From NCBI RefSeq assembly GCF_009914755.1, contig NC_060938.1: a stretch of DNA of 64,000 bases, one strand, 5' to 3'. Every line of letters starts with the position of its first letter. The first letter of the stretch is position 1. This document shows, in pieces, positions 16,626 through 31,567 of this stretch. A program made the translations under genes and the position numbers. Below the pieces are notes generated by a model. It did not search any database. It saw nothing but the letters and a program-made list of their open reading frames with translations, and was not told where the DNA came from. Origin of the DNA: the human T2T-CHM13v2.0 reference genome, Homo sapiens.

Positions 16626-17769
16626 TTAGGAGACATTTTGATTAGAGATAAGATGTGGCTGGAATTAATGAATAATGGTAGCTACCCAAATACTTCTGTG
16701 TGCTCTGTGCTTTCTGTTATCTGCAGCCTTCACCATTGCCTTGCAGGGGAGGGGTGGGCCTTTGATCTCCTATTAGTGAGAGGAAACTTGCACTTTGCCC
16801 AAGGCCACTTGGCTACCAAGAGGGAAGGCAGGATTTGAACTTAGGCTTGCCTGGTCTGGGCTCTTTCTCTCGCTACCAGACTGCCCCTGCCTGGGAAGCC
16901 ATCTGCCAGGGGCTGATGACCCCATGGGGAAGAGGAATAGCTGGCTTGGGTGGTTACTCCTGCTCCTAAAAAGGTATGTGAGCTCAGAGTGCATGTTGGC
17001 AGACACCCCATCCCCCGCCCCCCAGAAGAGGAGGAAATAGGATGGTCACTTATCAGTGGAAATTGAGTTAGAACTCAGTGATTAATGGAAAGAGGACAGG
17101 CGAGTGGGAGACGGTTGTGCTTGGACATGAAGGCAGGCACTGGGTGACCTGGCCTTTCTCTATCTGGGGTGGGGCTCCAAAAAGCTCTGGCCCAAGAGTG
17201 GAGTCCATAGATTTTTCAGAAATACAATTTTTTTTATGGGCACATAACCTAGCAGTCACTTCTGACTTCTTGGTAATTCTTACTTGGTAAAGGTGACATG
17301 TTGCCTGGCTGGACTTCTGCTGTTCCCGTTTGGTCAGTGCCACTGGAAAGGGATTGGGGAGGGAGGAGTGACCTTAGGTGAGAGAGATTCTAAGTGTTCC
17401 TTGGGGTCAGCCAGGTCTACTTTTGTGTCTTCTAGACAGTGCCACTCACACTAGTGTTGACAGATCAACTTTAAAAAAATTTTAGTCTATGTGGATTGAT
17501 ACTTTTGTAAAATAAAAAGAATTAATAGGAAAAGAAACTGAAAAAGACATACAGAATATAAACTCTAACTTTTTATCATTACATTCAACAGATATAAAAT
17601 TTGTCCGTTGCCATAAAAGTTTCTAAACTCTTATTCTCAATGTCTGTACTACAGGCAGTGCATTTGACTGCAGACTAATAAACTAGTCCTGGACTGGTAC
17701 ACTTCAAGAGCAGTGACCTAAGAAGAAAGTTTGTTAAGCAAATTAGTAGAATAAACAGGATATTTTTAG

Positions 17770-18174
<405 letters not shown>

Positions 18175-19064
18175 TAAAAATATACCAATAACTGAAGCCA
18201 TTATAGTTGTGAGGGGTCCCTAAGTCTAACTCTAAACTGGTGGCAGTACTTGGAAAAACAGGTGCTTTTACTTCCTCTGTTGTTTCTGAGAAACATTACG
18301 TATTTTTTAATTTATATTAGGCTATTTTCTCTGTTAATTTCTGGCCAGCCTTTAAATTGATCTGTGTATTTCAGCGCATAATTTTAGGTATATTCTTTCA
18401 GGGGAAAGTTCCCTAAGTGGTTGTTGCTGTCATTTGTCTTGCTATGTCATCTAGCCTGAAGTGCAGTGGTGCAATCCTAGTTAACTGTCACCTTGAATTC
18501 CTGGGCTCAAGCAGTCTTCCCACCTCAGCCTCCTGAATAACTGGGACTACAGGCATGCACCACCACACCTAGCTGATTTTTTATTTTTCTTAAGCAAACT
18601 AAAAAAAAAAAAAGTCTCAAGAGTTGAATATGCTGATACAGTAATTATGTATAACTTAATTGTTCGTATTTCAAATTGGATTTTTGTTCTCTAGCTGCCA
18701 GTTATATCTTATTTTATATTTGTAGGTTTTTTTTTTGTTTTTTTTTTTGTGGCTGTCTTCCTCGTTCTGAGATGAATGGCATGTGGTGTTCTCTCAGGCC
18801 AGGATTCTCTTTCCCTGCCATCCGAGCCGCTCAGAAGCTGCCTTCCTCAGACAGCCTGTCCGTGGCCATCGTCCCAGGCCCCGCTGCTCACTCGCAGCAC
18901 TCGGCTGAGCTGCCTTCAGCCTGCCTTGCTGTACAGCGGCCGCTCCCCTCCACTGGCCGCTTTTCTCCTCGCTCCAGTCAGGACTCCCTTTTGTTTTGTA
19001 TCATGCTTTGTATTACACTTTTCAAGGCTCTTTCATGTATATATTCTCTTATTTCATCCTCCAG

Positions 19065-19116
19065 ACAATCCCATGAGGTTGGTAGAACAGAGATTCTCAT
19101 CTCCGTTTTAACTGAG
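19065..19116 (+). other. WDR20: Candidate MIR-derived 52-nt poison cassette exon of WDR20
   Basis: Acceptor ctcttatttcatcctccag| and donor GAG|gtgagg; phase-0 reading is ACA ATC CCA TGA. Confidence 0.4.
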
Positions 19117-19937
19117 GTGAGGCTGGGAGAGTGTCCGCATGGCATGCACCCTCATTCCTTTGCCCTGGGGCTCCCAGAACTACTTGTTACCGCTCAGGTC
19201 CAGACTTCTACATGTGCAAGGTTTTGAGTTTGCTCAAAGACGCCTGTAATTTTGAGGTCCTCTTTTCTACTCATTACTTATATTTGTTATTGGAAAGTCC
19301 AACATTAGAATACTTGGTTCGATGTCACAGGCCTCTTTGGAAGAAAGAAATCTTCAGAACCTGAGGGGGCGGTCAGTAGAGAACTAGAGCCGGGAGCCCC
19401 AGAGGGCCACACAGCGTGAACTGGGTGTCTTGAGGGACAAGTTCTGCTTCAGGGTTAGTTGTCTCCACTGGAGATTTTCAGACAAGAGTGGGAGGGGGTG
19501 GGTTTCCCTTATTTCACCAATAAAAGCCCAGCATATTGGGATGCCACAGGACATTTCTCATGAAGAAAAGAATCCTTCTTGAAAGTGGGGAGGGCACATT
19601 GAAAAATCACTTTTCACCCAAGTGAGAAATCATTTGCTTTTGACTCTCTCTCCCCATCCCCTTAATGGTCAAACAGACCTGGGTTCCAAATCCAGCCCTG
19701 CCACTTACTTAGGTAGGTATGGTGACGTTGGTCAAGTTATTTAACTTCCCTAAACTTGTTTTCTCATCTGTAAAATGGGTAAAATATTGTCCACTTTGGA
19801 GCATTATTGTTAGGATTAAGGACAATGCATGTAAAGTCCTTTGATTATGGCCTCGATAAGTAATGTTCCCCGAAACCTAATCCAGAAGAGGGATTTTGAC
19901 CCAGGAAGGGAGCCACCTGTATAGAGTGGGCTCCAGC

Positions 19938-20120
19938 AGTGGTTCTTAGACTTGAGCGGGCATCAGAATCACCTGGAAGCCTCTTTACGACTTGCTGGCC
20001 CTACTCCCATAGTTTCTGATTCATTTAGTCTGGGGTGAGGTTTGAGATTTTTGCATTTCTAAGTTCCCACATGCTGCTGCTGCTGCTTCTGGTTTGGGGA
20101 TTACACTTTGAGAACCACTG
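19938..20120. mobile_element. MER5A-like hAT MITE (MIR at about 19660-19850 just upstream)
   Basis: cagtggttctt...gagaaccactg terminal inverted repeats; catcagaatcacctgg internal motif. Confidence 0.75.
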
Positions 20121-20539
20121 GGCTGCAGGTAACTGGCCAGTGGGCATGTAGGTGCTGTAGATACATTTGAAAGCCGAGCTTTTTATGTGGTTACTCTGTT
20201 AGACACTGCTTGAAATGCATTTTGAAAATACTGAATTTAATATCTCAAGGATATTTCCTGCTGAAGTCCAGGAGTCTTTGTTACATATATTTGAAGGAGA
20301 ATAAGTTGTGAAAGTAACAGTTGTAAACATATTATAGATAGTCTAATAATATCTAATTGGCTAAGGTATGTGAAAGTGCTTTTATAAAATGTTAGATGAT
20401 GTTAAGTCACAACTGAAAAAACATTTTAAATCACTTTGTTTTTAAGATGAAACATCATAATGGAGTATAAAGTAGCATAACTTAGATTTCTCATCTCAAT
20501 GTGCTGTTTACTGTATGTATTTTTCTCTTTCTCCTCCAG

Positions 20540-20722
20540 GCTGCTGACTTGAGTAAACCAATAGATAAAAGGATATACAAAGGAACACAGCCTACTTGTC
20601 ATGACTTCAACCACCTAACAGCCACAGCAGAAAGTGTCTCTCTCCTAGTGGGCTTTTCCGCAGGCCAAGTCCAGCTTATAGACCCAATCAAAAAAGAAAC
20701 TAGCAAACTTTTTAATGAGGAA
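20540..20722 (+). CDS. WDR20: WDR20 internal coding exon (183 nt, phase 0/0): AADLSKPIDKRIYKGTQPTCHDFN...KETSKLFNEE
   Basis: Pyrimidine tract ttttctctttctcctccag| and donor GAA|gtaagt; peptide recognised as the WDR20/DMWD N-terminal region; joins in frame to 34195. Confidence 0.96.
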
Positions 20723-23356
20723 GTAAGTAGCACCCTGTCTTAGCTGTTAAGAATCCCTTTAAGAGTTGATACATTCTTACCGAGGGTAGTCGGCCTTATT
20801 TTGCACTTCAAGCTAAGCCCATTTTTTATTCGCCCAGCCCTCCTACCTAGTATGCCCAAGTTTAAATGTGGTGGATTAATTTGTTGACCTTACCTGTTCT
20901 TCCTTGGGGTGACTGTTTTGTGCATTTTTATGGAGCATGCTCAGGTGTCTATAACAGGTGTTTTAAAACTCTTCTATAATGGAGATAGGGACAGTACTGT
21001 AACTCGGTATTTATAATTTAAGTAAGAAAATGTGGAATTCCAAAGTTGGTTCACATCACCAGAACATTTCATGCAGATCAAAGAACTTGATGACATTTCC
21101 TTAGGCTGCTTAAATTGTAGCCAAAGCTTTTGTATGTATGTTTGACAGTCATTTGGCTAAGGAGTACTTCACTTGCTCTTGAAAATAGTTACTGTAAACT
21201 CATCTTTGACATAGTTGGAAATCCTGGCGCTTAAAGTTTGGTCACATGACATAGCTTTTGCCAGTGTTGTAGTATGTACTGGGGTTTCTAGTATCTTCAA
21301 TTTCATTCTGGAAAGAGCCTGAGATATCTGAGCTGTCTGTTCAGGAACATGTCAGGACTGTTAAATGTGGCATATAGAAATTGCCAAGTAGATTATATTT
21401 TTTAAAGCTGTTGGAGCATCTTTCAGCCTCAAGTATTGCTATTTCATATTTAATATTCTTCCTCGTCTGTTTCAGTATGACTTTTCTACCAAGTGGAAAA
21501 GATAAGGTAGGCTTGCTGAGTTAGAAGCCCTGGGTTCCAATCTCTACTTGGGACCTTGCCCCTGAGGCGCAAGGGTCAGGCTATGTGGGACCCCCTCCCT
21601 TTTGCATTGTTGCATGGTTTTAACATCATTAACTTGGAACAAAAACACATTATAGAGTATGGTTTTTAAGAAATAATTTTGTTTGGGGAAGAAAATTCAA
21701 ATTGACAAATGGCAGTTAAAATTTGGATTCTTTTGCAGTTATGGTACTTGCTATTCATGCAAATCAGTATCCACCCAGGGTGCTCCTGTTTGACATTGCC
21801 AGTGGATTTGATAAGATCTTATGAACCATGCCATCTCTTCTAGTTTCCTCTGAGTTGACTGGAAACAAAACTTGCCATCTGGACTGACAGATTGTAGAGG
21901 AAAAGTATTTAATCCCATTTTCCATTAAAAAAAAGTTAAGCAGAAAATATTTTATTTACCTAGATGTTTTTTTAGTATCATCTGCAGAAGTGATTTCTAA
22001 GTAGCTGGATGATTATTTTTTTGGTGCTGAGTTTGGGGAGCAGCGCACAAAATTGGCCTCCTCTGCACTGTTAGCAGAAATTGTGAATTTGGAATCATTG
22101 TGGGTTTTTATTGTTTAGGTAGGGGAGAGTGTGATTGGAGGGGGCAGGGATTGGAGCCATGTAAGGGCTGTTAGTAAACAAGACCCGGAGGCAGCCCTGG
22201 CCGAGGATGGTACAGAATGCCGCTTAGAGAACAAGAAAGTTTTGTGTGTCGTGGCAGGGGGAGGGCAGGGAGTTGGAGACCACACGTCCCCAGAATCTCA
22301 GGGCTCTGGGAGCACTCAGGCTGCATTGGCCAGAACTATCCCTGCCCTGGTGACTGGGAGTTGCAGGCTGGAAGGCAGCTCCTCATTCTTCATGATTTAA
22401 GCATGAGTTATCTCATACTCACTTTACATTTTATTTGAGAAATTGCTATTTAGAATGCTAAGACTGTGTGTGGTTTAATGCCAGCTTTGCATTTACAGCT
22501 TGAGGCTGAAATCGATTGCCCTTCATAGTAAGGAGATCCTCTGGCCATGTGGATACATTTTTATCAGATTTTGGTCAGAATGTCTAAGAGCAAGGGTCAC
22601 CGGAGGTTTGTTCCTTAGAGAGTGCCAGGAATGGTGGTGAAGTAGTCATCGTGTCGTGCTTTGCTGTGGTGTGACATTTACAGGTTTCAAGGCACTTTTA
22701 CCTATGGCCTCTACAGGGAGGGTGGGGAGTTGTTCCCATTTTACAGATGAGGAAATAGTCAAAGAGCACATAAGTGAATTGTCCAGATCAGGTAGCAAGT
22801 TGATGATAGAGTTGGAACCAGAAATTAATTCCAGAAACTCATTGGTTACAGGACCCACCATGCATGGTTGCCAGATGAGCTCTTGCCCTTCCGGGAGCTC
22901 ACAGTTTAGTAAGAATGGACAGAGAGTACTGGGCACGTGTCAGCACAGCGATATGAACAAAATACCAAGGGCTAGCTGCCGCAGGAATTCTTTAGTATGC
23001 ATTTTAAAGTTTTTTAAAATGTTAAGTTCACTGGGGGAGTTCCAAGAAATGCTTTTAGAAAGTGATGTTTGATGTGGGTCTTAAAGGGTACATAGTCATT
23101 AGAGGAGGGTAAGGAAGGCCTTCAAAGCTGGAGGAACAACTAGGCATGTGAAAGAACATCCAGTAACAGCTTGGCCACATCACAGTGTGGGACTTGGAGT
23201 GTCAGAGTTCGAAGCTGGAAAGATAAATTGGAACCAGCTTGTCTTATAAAAGCCTTTTCATGTCACGTGAAGCAATTTGGAACTGACACTGGAAGATGTG
23301 GGGGAACCTTTGGCCTTTTAATGAAGGGAGTGACAGGATCAAATGTGTTTTTTTAG

Positions 23357-23449
23357 AACTCTTGTCAGCACTTGTGGAAGGTGGATTGGAATGAAGAAAG
23401 ACAGAATGAAGGTAGCAAGACCAGTGAGGAGGCTCTAGTAACTGTCCAG
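23357..23449 (+). CDS. WDR20: WDR20 alternative in-frame cassette exon (93 nt, 31 aa: NSCQHLWKVDWNEERQNEGSKTSEEALVTVQ)
   Basis: Acceptor tgtgtttttttag| and donor CAG|gtgaga; no stops; phase 0/0 matches the flanking exons; peptide matches my recollection of a WDR20 isoform. Confidence 0.7.
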
Positions 23450-23651
23450 GTGAGAGCTGAGGGCTTGAACTAGAGTTGCGGCCATTGTTTCATTCATTCA
23501 GGACCTTGACTACCTACCACATGCCCAGCACTGGGTCTGCAGCAGTGGGCAAAACCTGCCCTCCTGTGACCCCTCTCAGGAGGGAAGAGAGGTATAATAG
23601 CACCACCCCCGAAACACTGGTGACCACAGATGGTGACACTTTGTGATGTAA

Positions 23652-24162
<511 letters not shown>

Positions 24163-26057
24163 TGAGCCCAAGGAAACTGAAAGAAGGACGGTTTACCTGG
24201 GGAAGGTGGCATGAAGTAAGGGCATGAGATTGGAGGGCCACATCACCTACGGCCTGATCCAGATTTGTTTCTTAGCCTGAAGTACGGGATTCCTTAGAAG
24301 GGAGCAGGTGCACAAGGCAGGCAGATTGGTGTTTTTGAAAGGTACCCTGGCTGCTTTTTGGAGACTGAATTGGAAAGGTGTATTAATAAATCAGGTTTCT
24401 GGGTGTCTCTTGCTGTGTTGGGTGAGACTGGGAAAGGAGCAGTTGTCAGGGAATGGAGGGGAAGATCAGAGGTTCTGGTCTGTACTTGCTAAGTTCGAGA
24501 GACCTGTAGATAGTGGGATGTATGGATCTGGAGCACAAAACTAGGGGTTACAATTTGGCAGTTGTCAGCATAGAAATAATAATCACATCCTTGAGATTAG
24601 ATGAAAGGTTCTTTGGAGAGATGATGGTGAGAACAAAGAAGGCCTGGGTCTGAGGCCTGATTATACTCCAAGATTCTGGCCATCTCAGCTACTGCTTTCA
24701 AAGGGGCACTTAACACACAGTTAATTACCACGACATTTACAACTTCACAGCCCAGAATGCTGAGGGCTCGGACACCAGCTCTGCCACTTTCTGCTTGCAG
24801 GATGATGTGGGTCTTACCTCTCCTCGGTTGGAAAATGGGTGGGAACAGCACCCACCTGAGAGGTTTGTGATGAGGCTCAGATGAGTGAGTTCAGGCAGGG
24901 TGTTTGTGAAGGGCCTGAAGAGCGAGCCTTGGTGGATGCTCAGCAACGTGGAGGTTGAGAGAAACTCAGGCTTCCTTTCCTGGGAGGGGTGGTGTTGGAC
25001 GGAAAGGGTTCCGTGGGAGGTGAGATACCAACCGTTTTGAAATACAAATAATTAATTTTTTAGGACAAGCAGGTAGGAGCATGGCAACCCAGGCAGAGAG
25101 TCAACATGTGTGAGGCTGAGGGTTGGCCCGCTGGTCACAATTACAGCAATGTGGCCTTTCAGTGTTCCTCACCAGAACACCTCTCAGACCCACCTGTTAC
25201 CACACGTGCACACACCTTCACACACCGAATCCCCAGCATCAGTTACTCTGGCCTTTGCCTCCTTTCTGGTGCCTGGTACATGAAAATGTAATAAATGTTG
25301 GGATGGAAAGATGAGTGAAATGGAATTATAAATTTCAGAAATCCACCTGAGATAAACATAGATGAAAAATTCCCATCTGGGAACAAGTATATTTTAAAAG
25401 ATGATTTTCCCCCTGTCAATTAAAAATTGTGTGCATTTAAAATGCTTGTTGATAGAAAAATTGGAAAATAGAGAGGTACAAAGAAGGTAGGAAAGCATCA
25501 CCTCTAAACCGTGACGCTCACTGTTGACTTTCACAGTCTGTGATTGTTTTCAATGAGGGGACACCATAGGGCTCACACCTTCCATTGGGGGTGAAGGCAA
25601 ACTTCACCAAACTTCATCTCCAAGTCTGGCCCTGATCAGGTCAGCCCAGTGAGCATGGGCAGGCCCTGCCCTCTTCCCGCTCCCTGGGACTGTCCTCAGT
25701 CACACTGGAGGTCCTTGCTGGTGCATCTGTTCAAGACCCAAAGAAAGTCGAATGCCCAGTCCTTTCTAGCCCCTCTCAGGAAATCATCCCCAGCTCCCTG
25801 GAGTCTCTGCTTTCCCCAATCTTCCAGAGTAGATTTTGGGTTTCTGTTTGTAGCGTTCTGTACATATGATGCCCTTGAAAATGTCTAATGGGCCATTATT
25901 GAAAGTATCTTGGCGCACGGTTCATCTGACAAGCTCCCAGATCGTGGAGCGTGTCCTCATCATCAGAGCTGCCCACAGAGGAGAGTCACCCGGTCACATT
26001 CAGCTCACTGTGGTGAAGCACCCCACAGGGGCGAGGAGTTTACTTTTTAAATTTTTT

Positions 26058-26061
<4 letters not shown>

Positions 26062-26100
<39 letters not shown>
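26062..26100. repeat. (TG)n microsatellite, about 19 units, preceded by poly-T
   Basis: Read directly from the sequence. Confidence 0.98.
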
Positions 26101-26102
<2 letters not shown>

Positions 26103-27964
26103 CACTCTGCCCTGTTCTGAAGTTTGCTTTTTATAACTAATGGTTATATATTTGGGGAGGAAGAGTTACAAAGGGACAGTTCCTATATGGTAATGAATGC
26201 AACCTTGTTGTCTGTGTAAAAATCCTGATTTTGGAGTATATTCACAGAATAGTAACTTTGAAGGATTTTCAAGTATGTGTTAATTGTTGGCTGAAATATA
26301 AAATGTTAAAGAACTTGGCATTTGGCTTCTTTCGTTACTGACACGATACCCTCTGCTGTTGCCCTTCTCCTCTCGCAGGCTGTGAGGCTGAGGCAGACAC
26401 ACTGGGTAGGTCCCACGTCTCCTTGTGGCATTTAGATCCAGTCTTACTGAAGGGCATGCTGAAGAGGAGATGGCCCTGACTCCTGGGGTATGGAGGGACA
26501 CTGCTGCCAGCCCAGGCTGCGTGGCACATCCTGCCAGCTGCAGGTGCCTCCCAGGCATGGGGTAAAGCTTAGCAGTGTTCTGTCTATTCTGATACAAAGG
26601 AATGGTCTGCACATTTTGTTAGTTTTGTTTCTGTTGATTTTCTAATCGAAGGAAGGAAATGAGCCCGTAATGATCTACTCCTTAAAGCTTGAACACAGAT
26701 AAAACGACATCCGATCCCATCTTAATGTGGCTTTGAAATACCCTTTCCTAATACTTCCTGAGCCCTCTTCAGATGCCTTTACATCATCAGAGCCTTTAGT
26801 TGCCATTTTTGCTTGTGGTTGCATTATGGCTTTTCAAGCAGCTGCTGTGGTTTTTGAATTGTTTCAGTATTTTTGTTATAAATTAATATCTGCATTTTGA
26901 AATGCAGATCCACTCACCCCCAAACTAATTTTTGATTTTTGCTTATCATATTGATAGTAATGAAAAAAAAGAAAAAGAAAATGAAGTGCCTTAGAAAGCG
27001 TCAGTGTGAATTGCTTTCACAAAATGACACTTTGATGTGGTTATAGACTTATTTTTATTCTTGTTTCATTTTAACTAGTGTATTTTGAAAATCTTGTCTG
27101 TTGATGGCATTTGGGATGGTAGTGTTTTCGCTGTTCGTGGGATTTTTCTTTGTATTCATATCTTAAGTGGCACGGTCTGTTTGGCCTGCAGAGCTGGAAC
27201 TATGGGGAGGGCCGCGCTGAGCGTTGAGTGGAGACATGGAGCCTGCATCCCCACAGAGCACTGGCCCAGAGCAGGTGTCTTGACGTACATAGAAATGTGT
27301 CTGTATTTCGTTTTGCTTTTAAGGTTTATTTGCGTTTTGGGTTTTTTGTGTTTTTATGAACGTGTTTGTTAAGAATGGGCCTTGGAGCATTTTGGAGTTG
27401 GACACTGATGGAGAGCCCTGTGGCCAGGCCAGCTGCTCTGCCAGCACCTCTGTTACTTCCCCTGCCTTCCCTCCGCCTCCTCGCTGAGCACCTGCCCTGC
27501 CCATCTCTCAGTGTACCCCTGCCCTGGAGGGGCTGCGACTGGGACTGGGGCTCTCCTCCACTGCTTCCCACCAGAGCCTTCCTGCCTCTGCCTGTCTCTG
27601 TTCCCCAGCACCTCCCTTCTGGCCCAGGGAGCAGGTCTCTTCCCTGTCCCTCTCTCCTGGAGCTCACCTTCCTCCACCAGGCACCTGCCCTGCACCCTCC
27701 TCCCCTACGGTGTCCCTTTGCTCTCAGCACCTTCTCTGCCCCCACCCTGCTTCCCTGTGCTCTCTCCTAAGGACCACCCCCTCCCTGTGCACTCCATCCC
27801 TCTAGGGCTCAGCTTCCTCAAGTCTCAGAGGCCTGTCCTCTGAGGCTCTGGCCTCCTGTGGCAGCTCCTTCCTCTTCTGCCTGCTCTCCTCATGGCACTT
27901 CTGGGTTGTTTGCTTGGATATTCCTTCTGCTTTCCTTGTTTTTGTCCTGTGCCCTGTATGGAGG

Positions 27965-28271
27965 TTTTTTTTTTTTTTTTTTTTTTTTTGAGACGGAGTC
28001 TCGCTCTGTCGCCCAGGCTGGAGTGCAGTGGTGCGATCTCGGCTCACTGCAAACCTCTGCCTCCCGAGTTCACACCATTCTCCTGCCTCACCACCTGAGT
28101 AGCTGGGACTACAGGCACCCGCCACCATGCCCAGCTAATTTTTTTGTATTTTTAGTAGAGACAGGGTTTCACCATATTGGCCAGGATGGTCTCGATCTCC
28201 TGACCTCGTGATCCGCCCGCCTTGGCCTCCCAAAGTACTGGGATTACAGGTGTGAGCCACTGCGCCGGGCC
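27965..28271 (-). mobile_element. Alu (AluY-like); a partial AluJ follows at about 28336-28445
   Basis: Poly-T followed by antisense dimer; tgta(t/c)ggaggtttttt on both sides. Confidence 0.94.
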
Positions 28272-30556
28272 TGTACGGAGGTTTTTTTCAGAGTTTCACA
28301 CACTCTTCCTCCGCTGCACCTGCTTCCTTGGAGATATTTATTTATTTATTTCAGAGACAGGGTCTCACTGTGTCACCCAGGCTGGAGTACAGTGGTGTAA
28401 TCATAACTCACTGCAGCCTTGACCTGGGCTCAAGTGATCCTCCTTGGAGATCTTAGGATGTTACTATTCGCAGCCAATTTCTGTGACATTCGTGGTTATA
28501 TTTATTAGCTGCAGACCTTTCTAGCTGCATACTGGGCAAAACCCAGGGGTCTTTACACACCCCCGCTTTCCATCTTGCCCTCCACCCAGCCACATTCTGC
28601 CACGCTGCCCATGGTCAAGTTTAAGACCTATTTGTCCATGGCATGGACAGTTGTCATAGCCTCCTAACTGGTTCCTCATCACCCCCACCCCACCTTGCAT
28701 TCTGCACCTACTGCTGGGGGATTTCATGTTATTCTGCCACTTCCCTTTCTAGAAACTGTCTGTGCCTCCACTGTCTGCAGCAGCATCCCCAGTAGAAATA
28801 CAGTGCCAGCCACGTGTGCAAGTTTAAATTTTCTAATTACCACATTAAAATAGTAAAAACCAGGTGAAATTAATTTTAAGAAAATACTGTATTTTATATA
28901 TATATCTCCAAAATATTATTTCAGCATATAACCAGTGTAAAAACTATAAATGAGATCATTGACATTTTTTTTCATACCACATTTTTAGAACCCTGTGTGT
29001 GTTTACACTGACAGCACATTCCACTTGAGACCAGTGCTGCGGGACTGGGGAGTGCAAGCGTCAGGGTCCCAGCCGAAGCCCTTTAGCTTGGGACTTCACA
29101 GCCACAGCCTGAGTCCCAGCTCACAACTCCAGACCAAATTCCCCTCCCAGCTCATGTGCTGCGATCAAGACAGATGCCACACATGGCCTGGATCCCCACC
29201 CCCCTGGCCTGCTGTGTTGGCTGGGCTTTTCCTTGGAGCATGGCCCCTGGTGCTTCTGCCACTCCTACCTCCCTGCCCACCCCCGAAACCCCATCCCTCA
29301 GAGGGACCGGGTATTTTTCAACATCCTCATCCAGATCAAGGCCCCATTGACATTGGAGAGAATTCAAGCCCAACAGGGAATTCCATTACTTATCATTGAG
29401 CACTGACTAAGATTTTTTTTTTTAACTAGACTTTTTCTGAAACAAAAATATACCTTATAGTGCAGAAACTGGACTGCATAATTTTTATTCTTGTATTTAT
29501 TTAATTAAATGTTCTAGGTATTTCTTTCTTAATTTGAAAGACAGGAGAAAAATGTGTTCTGTTCTCTTCCTCTTTTGTCAAACCCAATCCAAATAAGCCA
29601 GAGTCATGTAAGTTAAATGACTGTGCTTCCCACACTGGCCTGGGGTCTGAGACAGGCTGGTGCCCTGTTCCTTAGAACGCTTGGGAGTGGCCCTGCAGGC
29701 TGGTCGTCGGAGCCAGGTGATGTGTGTCTGTGGAACGGGAGACAGCATGCTCGCTTTGGGGTCTGATGGGCCCGTCTGTTCCCCTGGCACTGGTTCGGCT
29801 GTGTCTCTCCGCCTCGGAGTCCTTGAAGTTGTTCTCTGTGGGGGTACACTTCCCCAAACATCCTCTTAGCCTGATATTTGCTGTCTTTCTGTCCTTCTGT
29901 CTTGCTCAGCTGTCCAGCACCAGCAGAGGAAGAGGCCTTTCTTGGCCATCCTATTCAACATTGAAATCACTAGAGTCCCCTTCTCCCCAGCACGTTCTCT
30001 TCTCTCCCTGGTTTATTTTTCTCCACAGCACTTATCATCATCAGATCACATAAATTTCACTGTCTTCTCATCCCACTTGAACCTAAATTTCATGAGGGAA
30101 AGATGCCTGTTTTAATTTATATTGTATCAGTGCCTGGCATATGGTACGCACTCAATACTGGATGGATGGATGGGACTTCAGGCAAGTTTCTTGACCTCTC
30201 TAAGCTTCTTTTCTCACTGATAATATGGCGACAATCCCTGCCTTCCTGTAGGGAGACAGGCATGACTGCATTTTCCATTTTCCATGCGAGGCAATTTGGT
30301 AACATCTGTAAAAATCATAAATGTATATATCTTTTGGCTCAGTTACTCCACTGGGAGTTTATCCTGTAGGTACATTACTCACACATGTGAAAAGTGCGTG
30401 TGTGCAAGGGCATTCATTGCTACATAGATGTCCATCAGTGGGGCACTTCCACAATAAACCACAGTTTATCCAAACAGTTGAATACTCTGCAGCTTTAGAA
30501 AAGAATGAGGATGCTGTCTTTGTGCCCATACAGACTGATGTACAAATACACTTGGA

Positions 30557-30866
30557 GGCTGGGCATGGTGGCTCACGCCTTTAATCCCAGCACTTCGAGA
30601 GGCCAAGGCAGGAGGATTGCTTTGCTCCTGAAGCCAGGAGTTTGAGACCAGCCTGGACAACATAGCGACACCCTGTATTTACAAAAAATATAAATTTTTA
30701 ATCAGCTGGGTGTGGCGACACTCACCTGAAGCACCAGCTATACTCAGGAGGCTGAGGTGGGAGGATTGCTTCGGCCTGGGAGGTCAAGGCTGCAGTGAGC
30801 CGTGATTGCACCACTGCACTCCAACCTGAGTGATGGAGCGAGACCCTGTCTCAAAAAAAAAAAAAA
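30557..30866 (+). mobile_element. Alu (AluJ-like)
   Basis: Diverged dimer with ggaggattgctt diagnostics and A tail. Confidence 0.92.
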
Positions 30867-31567
30867 GATATGGAATGAGAAAGCAGAGGTGAGACAGTGC
30901 ATAGTATGCTCCCTTTGGTATGAAAAAGAAGAGTGGATAAATGCGTATTCATATTTGCCTTGTACATGCACAAAGACACTCTGGAGAGAGAAATGAGAAA
31001 CTAGTACAGTGACTCAGGACAGAGGATCCGGAATGGAGTAGAAGAATGTAAGGCTTTCTACTGTATACTTTTATGTGAATTAATAATGTATTACCCATTC
31101 ACACAAAAAGCGTATCTTGAAAGGTAATTTTGAGGCTTAGAGAGCATGGGTGTAAGCCTCTACCAGTGGCCAGCACCCACAGTAGACACTCTGATTGGAA
31201 GTGAGGGCCAGCACGCTGCTGTTGCTGCCCACAGACACTGCTGCCTGCCTGCCACTCACCCTGATATTGCTGAGACACAGGGCGCCCCCAGAGAAGCACG
31301 TGTTTTCCCTGCTGTCAAGCACATGATTGACAGAGAAAAACAATGGGTAAGGCAAGTGAGAAACCCTTACCACAATACAGGTGGATCCAAGGTCGGTTTT
31401 TTTTTTTTTTGGTCTGCGGTTGCTTAAACTGGTGTGCTCAGTCCACCATTGCCAGTGTGTCACAGTAACATTTAATTAGGCCCCCACAGGGGGATTGAAG
31501 TAGATTGGCACAGGATGTTATCTGTAAGTTACATCCATGTGTCTACTTAGGGTCGTCTCAGTGCACT

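Noticed and set aside
24801-24840. Possible small exon (ttctgcttgcag|GATG...GG|gtggga) in MIR-like sequence
   Set aside because: Weak donor and no independent support visible in the sequence.
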